Positions 21,191 through 35,000 of a DNA stretch of 64,000 nucleotides are shown in pieces. The DNA is from Hemiscyllium ocellatum (Eukaryota). Position numbers and translations under genes: made by a program. The notes below the pieces were generated by a model. The model was not told the origin of the DNA. It did no database searches and was given only the letters and a program-made list of their open reading frames with translations. The DNA is taken from the NCBI RefSeq assembly GCF_020745735.1, contig NC_083435.1, positions 26,659,231 through 26,723,230 on the forward strand. The letters run 5' to 3'. How positions within the stretch are numbered: position 1 is the first letter of the stretch; every line of letters starts with the position of its first letter.

Positions 21191-24100
21191 TTAGAACATA
21201 GAAGAACATAGAAAATTACAGCGCAGTGCAGGCCCTTTGGCCCTCAATGTTGTGCCGATCCAAGCCCACCTAACCTATACTAGCCCACTTTCCTCCATAT
21301 GCCTATCCAATGCCCGTTTAAATGTCCATAAAGAGGGAGAGTCCACCACTGCTACTGGCAGGGCATTCCATGAACTCATGACTCGCTGAGTAAAGAATCT
21401 GCTCCTAACATCTGTCCTATACCTACCACCCCTTTTAATTTAAAGCTATGCCCCCTCGTAATAGCTGACTCCATATGTGGAAAAAGGTTCTGATGGTCAA
21501 CCCTATCTAAACCCCTAATCATCTTGTATACCTCTATCAAGTGACCCCTAAACTTTCTTTTCTCCAATGAAAACAGCCCCAAGTGCTTCAGTCTTTCCTC
21601 ATACGATCTTCCTATCATACCAAACAACATCCTGGTAAACCTCCTCTGTACCCGTTTCAGTGCCTCCAGATCCTTCCTGTAGTATGGCGACCAAAACTGC
21701 ACACAATACTCCAGATGCAGCCGCACCAGAGACTTATACAACTGCAACATGACCTCAGGACTCCAGAACTCAATTCCTCTACCAATAAAAGCCAGTACGC
21801 CATATGCCTTCTTCACAGCACTATTTATCTGGGTGGCAACTTTCAGAGATCTGTGTACATGGACACCAAGATCCCTCTGCTCATCCACACTACCAAGTAT
21901 CCGACCATTACCCCAGTACCCCATTTTCTTGTTACTCTTACCAAAGTGAATCACTTCACACTTACCTACATTGAACTCCATTTGCCACCTTTCTGCCCAG
22001 CTCTGCAGCTTATCTATATCCCGCTGTAACCTGCCACATCCTTCCTCACTATCAACAACTCCACCGACTTTCGTATCATCCGCAAACTTGCTCACCCAAC
22101 CTTCTAGCCCCTCCTCCAGGTCACTTATAAAAATGACAAACAGCAATGGTCCCAAAACAGATCCTTGCAGAACACCGCTAGTAACTGCACTTCAAGATGA
22201 ACCTTTACCATCAACTACTACCCTCTGTCTTCTTCCAGCCAGCCAATTCCTAATCCAAACCTCCAACACTCCCTCAATGCCATAACTCCGTATGTTTTGC
22301 AGTATCCTACCATGTGGAACCTTATCAAACGCCTTACTAAAATCCATATACGCCACATCTACTGCTTTACCCTCGTCCACCTCCTTAGGCACTTTCTCAA
22401 AGAATTCAATAAGGTTTGTGAGGCACAACCTGCCCTTCACAAAACCATGCTGACTATCCTTGATCACATTATTCCTATCCAGATGTTCATAAATCCTATC
22501 CCTTACAACTCTCTCTAAGACTTTGCCCACAACAGAAGTGAGACTCACCAGCCTATAGTTACTAGGGTTATCCCTACTCCCCTTCTTGAACAAGGGAACC
22601 ATATTTCCTATCCTCCAGTCTTCTGGCACTATTCCTGTAGACAACGAGGACATAAAAATCAAGGCCAATGACTCTGCAATCTCCTCCCTTGCTTCCCAGA
22701 GAATCCTAGGATAAATGCCATCAGGCCCAGGGGACTTATCTGTTTTCACCCTTTCCAGAATTTCCAACACCTCTTCCCTACATACCTCAAAGCCATCCAT
22801 TTTAATTAATTGTGACTCAATATTCACATCGGCAACAATGTCCTGTTCCTGAGTGAATACTGACGAAAAGTATTCATTCAGTGTCTCCACAATCTCTTCA
22901 GCCTCCACGCACAACTTCCCACTGCTATCCTTGACTGGACCTATTCCTACCCTCGTCATTCTTTTATTCCTGACATACCTATAGAAAGCCTTTGGGTTTT
23001 CTCTAATCCTACCAACCAAGGACTTTTCATGGCCCCTCCTTGCTGCTCTTAGCTTTCTCTTTAGATCCTTCCTGACTACCTTAACTCTCAATCGCTCCAA
23101 TTGAACCTTCACACCTCATCTTTACATAAGCCGCCCTCTTCCCTTTAACAAGGGATTCCAATTCCTTATTAAACCACGGCTCCCTCACACGACCCTTTCC
23201 TCCCTGCCTGACAGGTACATACTTATCAAGGACACTCAATAGTTGCTCCTTGAACAAGCTCCACATATCGATTGCGTCCTTCCCTTGAAGCTACTTTTCC
23301 AAGCCTCGCATCCTAAGTTATGCCTCACCGCATCATAATTTCCCTGCCCCCAGCTATAACTCTTGCCCTGCAGTACACACTTATCCCTCTCCATCACTAG
23401 AGTAAAAGTCACCAAATTGTGATCACTGTCCCCAAAGTGCTCACCTACCTCCAATTCTAACACCTGGCCTGGTTCGTTACCCAGAACGAAATCCAGTATG
23501 GCCTCACCTCTTGTTGGCCTGTCTACATATTGTGTCAGGAAACCCTCCTGCACACATTGGACAAACACCGACTCATCTAACGTACTCGAACTATAGCTTT
23601 CCCAGTCAATATCTCGAAACTTAAAATCCGCCATAACAACCACCCTATTACTTTCACTCTTCTCCTGAATCATCCTCGCAATCCTTTCTTCTACGTCTCT
23701 AAGACTATCAGGAGGCCTGTAGAAAACTCCTAACAGGGTGACCTCACCTTTCCTATTTCTAAGCTCAGCCCAAACTACCTCAGATGGCGAGTCTTCATCC
23801 ATCGTCGTTTCCACCGCTGTAATACTATCCTTGACAAGTAATGCCACACCTCCCCCTCTTTTACCCCCACCTCTGACCCTATTAAAACATTTAAACCCTG
23901 GAACCCGCAACAGCCAATCCTGTCCCTGTTCTACCCATGTCTCCGTAATAGCCACAACATCGAAATCCCAGGTACCAACCCACGCTGCAAGTTCACCTAC
24001 CTTATTTTGTATACTTCTCGCATTGAAGTATACACACTTCAAGCCACTTTCCTGTTTACAGGTATCCTCCTTCGAGATTGATGCCATGTTCCTAACCTCC

Positions 24101-24930
24101 CTACACTCCAGGTCCTGCACCCTAAAGCTATAGTCTAGGTTCTCATGCCCCTGCAGAGTTAGTTTAAAGCCCCCCAAAGAGCACTAGGAAACCTCCCCCC
24201 AAGGATACTGGTGCCCCTCAGGTTCAGGTGTAGACCATCCTGTTTATAGAGGTTCCACCTTCCCCAGAAAGAACCCCAGTTATCCAGATACTGGAATCCC
24301 TCCCTCCTGCACCATCCCTGTAGCCACGCATTTAACTGTTCTCTCTCCCTATTCCTTGACTCTCTATCACGTGGCACAGGTAACAAACCAGAGACAACAA
24401 CTCTGTTCTAACTTTGAGCTTCCAACATAGCTCCCTGAAAGCCTGCCTAACATCCTCATCCCTCTTCCTACTTATATCGTTGGTGACAATGTGGACCACG
24501 ACTTTGGGCTGCTCCCCTTCCCCCTTAAGGACCCGGAAAACACGATCAGAGACGTCACGTACCCTTGCACCTGGGAGGCAACATACCAATCGTGAGTCTC
24601 TCTCGCCCTCACAAAACCGCCTATCTGTGCCCCGAACTATCAAGTCCCCAATAACTATTGCTCTGCTCTTCTCCACCCTTCCCTTCTGAGCAACGGGGAC
24701 AGGCTCCGTGCCAGAGGCCTGAACCCCATTGCTTACCCCTGGTAAGTCGTTCCCCCCCCTCTCCTGCGTGCCTTTATAGGAAAAAAAACCTACCCAGGTA
24801 AGCTTGAGCTACACCAGCTTCCGGGTCCGCTCCGCTCTTTTTTTTAAAAAAAACTTTCAAATTTAAACCATTAAACAAACGCAACTGAGCCGACAAGCAG
24901 CCACTTCCAAACAGCCCTTACCTGCTCCGA
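21191..24930 (-). mobile_element. near full-length CR1 LINE (esterase ORF1, APE endonuclease, RT), frameshifted
   Basis: SGNH-type IVIGDLIVRG...VVHIVTNDI; YFNARSI...AITETW...GDSDH; YMDFSKAFDKVPH; FADDTK; (TAGAACA) tail at 21191. Confidence 0.95.
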
Positions 24931-25206
24931 CGAGAGAGTGTGCAAATCCAGTGGAGAAACAGATCCACTGAAGGTGTGGCAAGTCATGCTGTTTCCAAAC
25001 TGCTCTTCCACTGGCAAACCCCATCAATTTTTTTTAATTTCATTCATGGAAAAGTGGGAGTCACTGGCTGGGCCAGAATTTATTACCAATCCCTAATTTT
25101 TAAGAGACAGCCCCATTAGTGTGTCTACACTCACATCCAGGCCAGGCCATGTAGGGATGGCAGTTTCATTTAGGAAAAGGACTCTAATGAATCAAATGGC
25201 CTTTTT

Positions 25207-25530
25207 TAGATTAGATTAGATTAGATTAGACTTACAGTGTGGAAACAGGCCCTTCGGCCCAACAAGTCCACACCGACCCGCCGAAGCGAAACCCACCCAT
25301 ACCCCTACATTTACCCCTTACCTAACACTACGGGCAATTTAGCATGGCCAATTCACCTGACCCGCACATCTTTGGACTGTGGGAGGAAACCGGAGCACCC
25401 GGAGGAAACCCACGCAGACACGGGGAGAATGTGCAAACTCCACACAGTCAGTCACCTGAGTCGGGAATTGAACCCGGGTCTCAGGTGCTGTGAGGCAGCA
25501 ATGCTAACCACTGTGCCACCGTGCCACCCA
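25207..25530 (-). mobile_element. HE1-type V-SINE nested in an older Deu-SINE-like element (25060-25690)
   Basis: Same structure as 4106-4421; the host SINE continues on both sides of a T-run. Confidence 0.9.
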
Positions 25531-26749
25531 TTTTCCAGGGAATTGACATGATTTCATGTTTCAGACTCCTAATTCCAGAAAACTATTGAATTCAGATTCC
25601 ATCAACTGCCTTTGCAAGATTTGAACCAAGGTCCCCCGAACCTTTCCTGGATTATTGCTCCAGCAATGATATCACTCGGTCATCCCCTCCCAGTGAACAC
25701 AGATACACCATTGCCAATCACAGTGCATACGCAGGCACTGCAGTAACTGTTTTTCACAGCAGCTTGCTGTTAAAGATGGGAACAGAACCTGCACAGACCA
25801 CAAATCAACCATCAGATCCCAAGGTCCACCAAACCCTAGCATTGGAAATGGAACATAAGTGAAACCAGAAGTGACATTGGAACAACTCTCCCAGGAGAAA
25901 CAGCATCATCCAGAACAGCCAACAATGAAGACTGGCACAATTTAACGACTGTAAACTATTCATGTGCAGGGACTGACATGAGTCTTGAACTGCTGTTGTA
26001 TGAAGTCATGTGTCCATCATGGTTAATCTGGGCAACTCGCAATGTGAGTGGTAATCCAGGCAATTTCTTTACCTGCTGCCCTTGTCCTTCTGGATTGACA
26101 TGATCATGGATTTGGAAAGTGCTGTTCTCAGGAGCACATTCCAAAACATGCCTGAAAGTTTGAGTCTCAACCCCTGCTTTGGACGGATCTGGAATTCATT
26201 TGGAAAGCAAACAGTTCCTCTGTCTTCAAACATGGTGAGAAGCTGCCATCATAGCTTGCTGCTGTGGGGCAATTTAAGGCAGAAGCTGCAATAAAATGGT
26301 TGACTTATAGAATACAGCAACAACATGGCTGAAGGAAGAATTTAGCTAAAGAAGCAGGGTTACTATAGGGCATCCTTGCAGCAATTGTCTCAGCAAAAGC
26401 AGGATAACACAGAATTGATCGTGTGAAAAGCTTTCTCTCCACTTATGCTGCCAGACCTGCTGAGTTTCTCTAGCTATTTCTGTTTTCATTTCATATAGAG
26501 CCTATGATATCTGGTAGACCATGAACAGCTACAGTGGTTATATAACAAAGCAGATAAGGTGAGGCCTTGAGGACTGCTGAAATGAAACATTTTGTTGGAA
26601 AGCAGGTCTCAGGTCCTGTACCTGAATCCTGGTCACTTCCGTTTAGTAGCAAGAAGTCTTTCCAAGCAGAGGATGTGACCATGGCCCTGATCACCAGGTC
26701 ACGTGATGTGGGGCCCAACAATATCCCAACAATTAAAGGGAGTTGGGGG

Positions 26750-28388
26750 TGCTGAGTTGAGTATGGTTGCCATTACAAAAGAGAAAGTGCTAGAAAAGCT
26801 AAAAGGTTTTAAAATTGATAAATCTCCTGGCCCCGATGGGCTATATCCTAGAGTACTGAGGGAGGTGGCTGAGGAAATAGCGGAGGCATTGGTTGAGATC
26901 TTTCAAAAGTCACTGAAGTCAGGAAAAGTCCTGGATGATTGGAAGATCACTGTTGTAACCCCCTTGTTCAAGAAAGGATCAAGAGAAAAGATAGAAAATT
27001 ATAAGCCAATTAGCCTAACCTCAGTTGTTGGTAAAATTCTAGAATCCATCATTAAGTATGAGGTTTCTAAATTCTTGGAAAAAAGAGCAGGGTCGGACTA
27101 GAACAAGTCAACATGGATTTAGTAAGGGGAGGTCGTGCCTGACAAACCTATTGGAATTCTTTGAAGAAGTGACAAGTAGGTTAGACCAGGGAAACCCAGT
27201 GGATGTGGTCTATCTGGACTTCCAAAAGGCCTTTGATAAGGTGCCACACGGGAGGCTGCTGAGTAAGGTGAGGACCCATGGTATTCGAGGTGAGCTACTG
27301 TTATGGATTGAGGATTGGCTGTCTGACAGAAGGCAGAGAATTGGGATAAAAGGTTCTTTTTCGGAATGGCAGCTGGCGACAAGTGGTGTCCCGCAGGGTT
27401 CAGTGTTGGGGCCACAGCTGTTCTCGTTATATATTAATGATCTGGATGAAGGGACTGGGGGCATTCTAGCAAAGTTTGCCAATGATACGAAGTTATGTGG
27501 ACAGGCAGGTAGTGCTGAGGAAGTGGGGAGGCTGCAGAGGGATCTAGACAGTTTGGGAGAGTGGTCCAGGAAATGGCTGATGGAGTTCAATGTGAGCAAA
27601 TGCGAGGTCTTGCACTTTGAAAAAAAGAATACAAGCATGGACTACTTTCTAAACGGTGAGAAAATTCATAAAGCTAAAGTACAAAGGGATCTGGGAGTGC
27701 TTGTCGAGGATTCTCTAAAGGTAAACGTTCAGGTTGAGTCCGTGATTAAAAAAGCGAATGCAATGTTGTTATTTATCTCAAGAGGGTTGGAATATAAAAG
27801 CACCGATGTGCTACTGAGACTTTATAAAGCTCTGGTTAGGCCCCATTTGGAGTACTGTGTCCAGTTTTGGTCTACACACCTCAGGAAGGACACACTGACA
27901 CTGGAGCATGTCCAGCGGAGATTCACACGGATGATCCCTGTATGGTAGGTCTAACAAACGAGGAACGGCTGAGGATCCTGAGATTGTATTCATTGGAGTT
28001 TAGAAGATTAAGGGGAGATCTAATAGAAAGTTACAAGATAATACATGGCTTGGAAAGGGTGGACGCTAGGAAATTGTTTCCGTTAAGCGAGGAGGCTAGG
28101 AGACCGTGGACACAGCCTTAGAATTAGAGGGGGTCAATTCAGAACAGAAATGTGGAGACATTTTGGGCCTGCGGAATTCATTGCCACGGAGTGCAGTGGA
28201 GGCCAGGACGCTAAATATCTTCAAGGCAGAGATTGATAAATTCTTGATGTCACAAGGAATTAAGGGCTACGGGGAGAATGCGAGTAAGTGGAGTTGAAAT
28301 GCCCATCAGCCATGATTGAATGGCGGAGTGGACTCGATGGGCCGAATGGCCTTATCTCCACTCCTATGTCTTATGGTTTTATGGTCTA
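26750..28388 (+). mobile_element. CR1 LINE, 5'-truncated RT
   Basis: ORFs [45 protein letters not shown]; tail atgtcttatggttttatggtct. Confidence 0.92.
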
Positions 28389-28399
28389 AACTGTCTCTC

Positions 28400-29290
28400 T
28401 CATACTTTGAGGAGGCATGTGGCCAGCATTGCCATTCCTGCTGCCGTTTCACTCATCCCAGGACCAGGAATATCCGGTTTAACCTGGAGAGATGCCTTGA
28501 GCTGCCTACCGCTGGCCGGTACTCCACCGGTGGTACCTCCACTGGAAGAATCAGTTCTGGTTGTAAACTTTCTGGACACCGTTCCAGTCACCACTAACAA
28601 TACCAGAATGTGGACACAAAAAGATCTGGTCCTGGCAAAACTAAAACAGCTGGTGGTGATGGGGGAAACAAAGGGCCATTACAATCAGGACTGAAACCTT
28701 TCTGGGCCCAGTGAGACCTTGTAGAGGATTGCATTTTACTATGGGGAGGAAGCATGATTGTAGTGAGTAAAGATCACCACAGATACTGGCTAAACTCCAC
28801 CAGTGTGATCAAGTGGTTTTTAAAAGGAGGATGTTGGCAAGAAGGTGTGTCAGGTGTCCAGGATTGAATGCCAACATAGCTGCATTAGTGGGTCAGTGCC
28901 CAGTGCCCCAAAAAGGGCAAACAATATCACCTGAAACTCTCCCACATTCATGGGAATGATTGGTTAAACCTTGGACTCAGTTCCAGGCTGACTACACTGG
29001 CCCTTTCATGGGCTCAATATTCCCGTTTCATTGTGGATCCTTATTCAAAGTGGTTGAATGTGCAGTGAGTTCATTTGGCAAACTCAGGAATGACAATTGA
29101 AAAGCTGCGTAGATTGTGTGCAGTGCACAGATTCCCGGAAGTATTGGTCACAGATAATGGGAATTTGAGTATTTCCAAAATTTGGCATAAGGACAGCTCA
29201 TACCATGCGTTATGTAAGACCCGTCCAAATATTCAAGGCAGGCTTAAAAAAACAGCCCAGAGTTTCACGAGATAGAAAACTGTCTCTTCT
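28400..29290 (+). mobile_element. Ty3/Gypsy integrase remnant
   Basis: Broken frames give KPWTQFQADYTGPFMG, IVDPYSKW, TIEKLRRLCAVHRFPEVLVTDNG. Confidence 0.7.
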
Positions 29291-29614
29291 CCCAATGACC
29301 ATGAGTATTGCTTTATAGAAATAGAAGTTTAGAATTAAATTTCCATTTTTATTAGATAGCAGCACCAGGCATTCTCAAGAAGATGAGACAGGAATCGCAG
29401 ATCGTCTTGGGAATGAGAAACATTTCTAGATAATCTAAGAATGGGCAGAGTTGAACTTAGACAATCCCAAGGAGAGGAGCCTTATGCAGTAGGCAGACTG
29501 GTCAATTTGCCTAATTTCAGGTCACTGGTTCTGGTGATCACAAAGAGACCCTGCATTTGCAGGTGACTGCAAATTAGAGACAGTCAATATTCAGGAGGAC
29601 AGCAGCATTGAATC

Positions 29615-29927
29615 ATTAGAATTTCCGAAAGCAGGCCCTTCGGCCCATTGAGTCCACACCAAATCTCTGAAGAGCATCCCACCAACCCGTCACTTTAACC
29701 TGCAATTCCTGTGGCTAATCCACCTAGCCTGCACATCCCTGGATGTGATAGACAATACCTTTTAATTTGGACATCTTTGTACTGTGGCAGTAAAATGGAG
29801 GACCTAGAGGAAACACAGACACAGGGAGAACGTGCAGTTTTCACACACAGTCACCTAAGGGTGGAATTGAACGGGGGTGTCTGGCACTGAGGCAGCAGTG
29901 CTCACCATGGAGCCAACGTGCCACCAA
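29615..29927 (-). mobile_element. older V-SINE copy
   Basis: ggcccttcggcccattgagtcc...cagggagaacgtgca...ggaattgaac...gaggcagcagtgct. Confidence 0.7.
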
Positions 29928-30557
29928 TCAAACAGCTAACTTTACTTTTTGTGATAGAATTGAAGGTTTGGTTATTCTGTTAAATCTCTCCATTTCTCCT
30001 GAAATGTGTAGAGACCACAATATAGAGTAGTGCTGACTATTCTGATCACAATAATAGAATGGATGCTGAGGCACTGGAGAAGGTACAGAGAAGTTTCACA
30101 ATGACGGTATCAGAACTGTGCGCGCGCATGTATCAGGAAAGGATTGACAGGCTGGGTCTTTTATCTGTTTAATAACAGAGTCTAAGGGGTGAATCTATAG
30201 AGATCTAAAGGATGAAACAATTTGATAGAGTAGGCACTGAGAGGGTGTTTGAGGAAGAGCACAGCTTCATGGAGCATGAATTGTCGAGATGTATTTAAGG
30301 GGAAGTTACACAGGAATAGGGAAAGTCTTTGATAAGGAAGAAGATTCAGTGGATAAAAGTGAGTATATTCTGATTGGACCAAATGGCCTGACTATGTGCT
30401 ATATATCCTGTATAACGCAAATTTCTCTTCTCTTTCTTTTCTTGCTCTCTCTTTCTTCCCCATTACTCTGCGTTGCTTTTTCTCTTTTTCCCTCTCCCTC
30501 TCTGTCTTTTGTTTCACTCTCACACTGTCTGATAATTTCTCTCTCTCTCTCTGGCAG

Positions 30558-30659
30558 TCTGAAAGTCTTTCTTCTGGACTTATGTTCTTGTTGGGATTGT
30601 ATTCGGAGTCCTTGGGATCTCTCTCGCTATTGTAGCTGTCATCATTTATAAGAAGAAAG
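30558..30659 (+). pseudogene. orphan class I TM exon with in-frame TGA
   Basis: V*KSFFWTYVLVGIVFGVLGISLAIVAVIIYKKK; acceptor tggcag and donor GTAGGA intact; TGA 30560-30562. Confidence 0.88.
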
Positions 30660-31600
30660 GTAGGAGTTTGTGAGAAAGTGGCAGCTCTTCACTGGGAGTT
30701 CACGGAGTTGGAGAGTCTGAAAGGAGATGGCCAGACTGTGATGAAAGAATATTGTGAGCAGTTTAGGGCCCCAAATCTCAGGAAGGATGTGCTGGCCTTG
30801 GAGTGGATCCAGAGGAAGTTTACATGAATGATCCCTGGAGTGAAAGGTTTGTCATATGCTGAATGGTTGAGGACTCTGGGCCTGTATTCAATTTCGAAGA
30901 TTGAAGGCAAATCTGATTGAAACTTACTGAGAGGCCTGGATAGAGTGAATGTGGGGAAGATATTTCCACTGGCAGGAGAAAATAGGATCTGAAGGAATAG
31001 TCTCCAATGAAAAGGGACAACTGTTCAGATGGCGGTGACTGCGTGGAACCCATTGCTACAGAAGGCTATGGAGGCCGAGACATTGGGTGTCCTTAAAACA
31101 GAGACAGACAGATCTTTGATTCATAAGGGGCTCAAGTGTTACGAGAAGTCAGGAGAATGAGGTGGAGAAATATATCAACCATGATCAAATGGTGGATCAC
31201 ATCCGATGGACCAAATGACCTAATTCTGCTCCTATATCTTATGGTCTCTGGTTGATTGTTTGGTTTCAGAGGGTGGGTGAGGAATGTCTGTGTTTTGAGT
31301 CGGTCGCAGGGTGTGTGATGGCTCAGGCAAGTGGGGAGAGGGTCTCAGTTTGTGAAGGAGGGTCTGAAATGGTGCCCTGTTCCTCAGGTTAGGCTAGAGT
31401 GTCTCAGGGGTCAGAGTCTCGAGTTGAGTGCAAGGTCAGACAGTTCAGATTGGAGCTGGGTCTCAGTTCAGTGTTGGGCATCAGCAGCTTAGGGAAATGT
31501 GAGCAGGAGAGGCTGAGTCACTGAAGAGTGAGGGTCTTCAGCATTTCCTCTAATTTTCTGACAGGATCTCGACACTGACTGAACAATTCTTGTTTTACAG

Positions 31601-31633
31601 GGAGAATGAAGAGCGACTACAATCCCACAAACC
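31601..31633 (+). pseudogene. orphan class I cytoplasmic exon 6 (GRMKSDYNPTN)
   Basis: 33 nt, AG/GT intact, paralog of 11369-11401. Confidence 0.85.
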
Positions 31634-32091
31634 GTAAGCTGATAATTCAGGCATCTCAGCATCGGTGTTACTTTGTGATGAGCTGTTTTTGCTGTTTTAG
31701 ACAAAGACCCACAAACGCAGATATCTGAGACAGAAAAAAACAAAAATTGCTGAGGAAACACAGTAGCTCTGACAGTCTGTAGAGACAAAAACAGTTGACA
31801 TTTTGAGTCCTGAGGAATTCTGTTGGAGTGGCACTGGAACCAGAACCTTAACTGTCTACAGATGCTACCAAAATTGCTGAGTTTCTCCAGCAATTTTGGT
31901 TTTTATTCTTTTTTCTGGTCGGGTCTGTCTGTCTTTCATTCTACTCTTGCTCTTGCATGCTCACTCCCTCATTTCTCTCTCTCTCTCTCTCTCTCCATTT
32001 TGTGTGTTCTCTATTCCTTTCATTTTTCCCTCTCATGCTCTCTATCTCTCATTTGTCTTGCTAGTTAACACTCTCTCTTTCATTACTTTAT

Positions 32092-35000
32092 TGTTATGAC
32101 CAAGCCAGAACCACCCACCACCACCCCCACCATCCCAAAGAAAAAAAACACTTCTAGAAGGAATCCCAGACCCTAACTTTTCTGATTGCTTTGAGCAATG
32201 TAAGGTGAATATTCCAGGTGTGATGCAGCAGGTTAAAACACACAGTTTCAAACAAAACAGAATGTATTTACAGGCTTCCGAATCAAACATGAACAAAAGA
32301 GATTTTTAAAAATTACCTTATTTGAAAACCTGACTGACATATTTCCCACAACTTAACTGAATATTGTTCCGATTTCCTGCAACATCCCATAAACACACCT
32401 CTTGGCAAAAAGGTATATTCAAACACAGGTTCTCACAGGAGAGAAATTTCTAAGAAAGACTTTGCCAGAAACATCTGTTGAATCATGGGACTTCTTTTCC
32501 TGGTAGCTTTCTTTGACCAGCAGCTGCCTGAGCTAAAACTCTAAAACAAAACTAGGAAAAAACCCTAAACTGGGAGAACCTGCCATTTCCCTTTCATTTT
32601 ACAAGTGCTTTGAAAGAAAACCTAAAAGCTTTTTCCCTGATTGATACCTTAGGCAGTACCTGCTAACCATAGTCAAAGTTCCTAACCCAGACAAAGCAGA
32701 CTCTCTGCCTTTATGACGCCCCTTGTAAAAAGCCAAGGGCAACATAACTCTGTTAAAGGAGCAGCATCACATCTCCCTCCACCTTAAAAAAAATGCAACA
32801 TCAATATGCAAAGATGGCTTCATTTTAAAACCCCTTAATTTTATACTGTTAGTACACTACAATACATGTACATTCCATTGACAATAAATATGCAAGCATG
32901 CACTACTACATTCTATTTGCCAAAGCCCAAGTTACCTTCCTGGGTCATGTTACTGGACATGGACAAATGATCCTATGGAATGCAAAAACAAAGGTAACTG
33001 GGGAATTTCCCATTCCATCAACAAAAGAACAGTGCTACAATTCCTGGGATTTAGTGAGTTTTCCTGAAAATTTGTACCACATTTTAGCAGTCTGGCTGCT
33101 CCACTCACTGAGTTAGTTAACAAAAAAAGCAAGAAGCTTCAGTGGACTGCAGACTCTAAGAAGGAATTTGATAGCCTTTAAGCTATGTTAAGCACTGCCC
33201 CAGTATTAGCCACACCTAATTATGCAAAGCCATTCAAGGTAGCTATCGATGTGAGTGATGTGGGTGTTGGTGCTGTGCTCTTCTATGAAGATGACAAGAA
33301 CATAAAAATACTTACTGGATATTTCTCCAGGAAACTGAATATCCATCAGCAGAAATATTCAGGAGTTGAGAAGGAGACTGTTTACTCCTGCCACTGAATG
33401 CCTCCGTTTCCCATCCAAGTCTCGACAGTGCAATCACATTTGTTCATCCGGCCACATGCCCAATTTCCAAATTTAATGGCTGTAATAACAAGCTCCATCT
33501 GAACAGCCTGGAGTTTTTGTCCTTAAATTTCTCCAAAACTTCAATGGATTGTGATCAGTATATAACATTGTCTCAGATACATTACTGGAAACATAAATGT
33601 TGAAATGTAACACCAACACCAAGTTCAATGTCTCCTTCTCAACTCCTGAATATTTCTGCTGATGGATATTCAGTTTCCTGGAGAAATATCCAATAAGTAT
33701 TTTTATGTTCTTGTCATCTTCATAGAAGAGCACAGCACCAACACCCACATCACTCACATCGATAGCTACCTTGAATGGCTTTGCATAATTAGGTGTGGCT
33801 AATACTGGGGCAGTGCTTAACATAGCTTAAAGGCTATCAAATTCCTTCTTAGAGTCTGCAGTCCACTGAAGCTTCTTGCTTTTTTTGTTAACTAACTCAG
33901 TGAGTGGAGCAGCCAGACTGCTAAAATGTGGTACAAATTTTCAGGAAAACTCACTAAATCCCAGGAATTGTAGCACTGCTCTTTTGTTGATGGAATGGGA
34001 AATTCCCCAGTTACCTTTGTTTTTGCATTCCATAGGATCATTTGTCCACGTCCAGTAACATAACCCAGGAAGGTAACTTGGGCTTTGGCAAATTCACTCG
34101 TAGCCTCCAAAGCTGATTGAACAAGTAAGCATATGTTCTTTCTATGTGTGACTAAAAATCACCAGGTCATCGAAATAAACTGCACAATTGGGTAATCCAG
34201 AAATGACCTCATTGGTTAGTCTTTGAAATGTGGCTGGTGCATTTTTCATACCAAATAGCATGATGTTAAATTGATGCAGTACATTCAGTGTTACAAAAGC
34301 CGAAACTGTTTTCGCTCTTTCGGGCAAAGGTCCCTGCCAGTATCCTCTAAGCAAGTCCAGTTTAGAAATATTAGCTGTTTGTCCCACCTTTTCAATACAA
34401 TCTTCCAAACATGGAATCTGATATAAATCAGACTTTGTAACTGCATTGACATTGCAATAGTCCACACATAACTGTTGGGTACCATCTGGTTTTGGCACCA
34501 TTACTATGGGTGAGTTCCAGTCATTGTAACTCACTTCGATTATGCATGCATTCAATCTCCTTTTGAACCTGTGCCAACTTTAGAGGGTTAAGCTTATAAG
34601 GATGTTGCAAAATCACAACAGCATTTCCTATTCTACATCATGCATAATTAGGTTTGTACTTCCCAGCTTATTTCCACATATCTTCCCATGCGATATTAAA
34701 AACTTCTTCAGGTCATTTCGATATTCCTCTGGAAGGTAACTTAATAATTTATCCCAATTTTTGACAACTTCTTCATTGTCCAATTCAATTTCAGGAATGT
34801 CCAATTCAGAATCCTCTGAACTTAGTTCTTCACCTTATGTTTTCATCAGTAACACACTATCCTTTTGCTTTCCTTCCTTCTCAAAATATCTTTTGATCAT
34901 ATTCACATGTCACACTCTGTGAAATTTCTTTCTGTTTGAAGTCCTTATCAAATAGTTCACCTCACTCAATCTCCTTTCAACTTGATAAGGTCCACTAAAC

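Noticed and set aside
25700-26150. Segment conserved with 50830-51160 as a decayed class I exon
   Set aside because: Alignment is indel-rich, no frame resembles an alpha domain; explained by unit paralogy.
30563-30566. Alternative AG that might bypass the TGA in the orphan TM exon
   Set aside because: Using it shifts the frame and ends in TAA without a TM segment.
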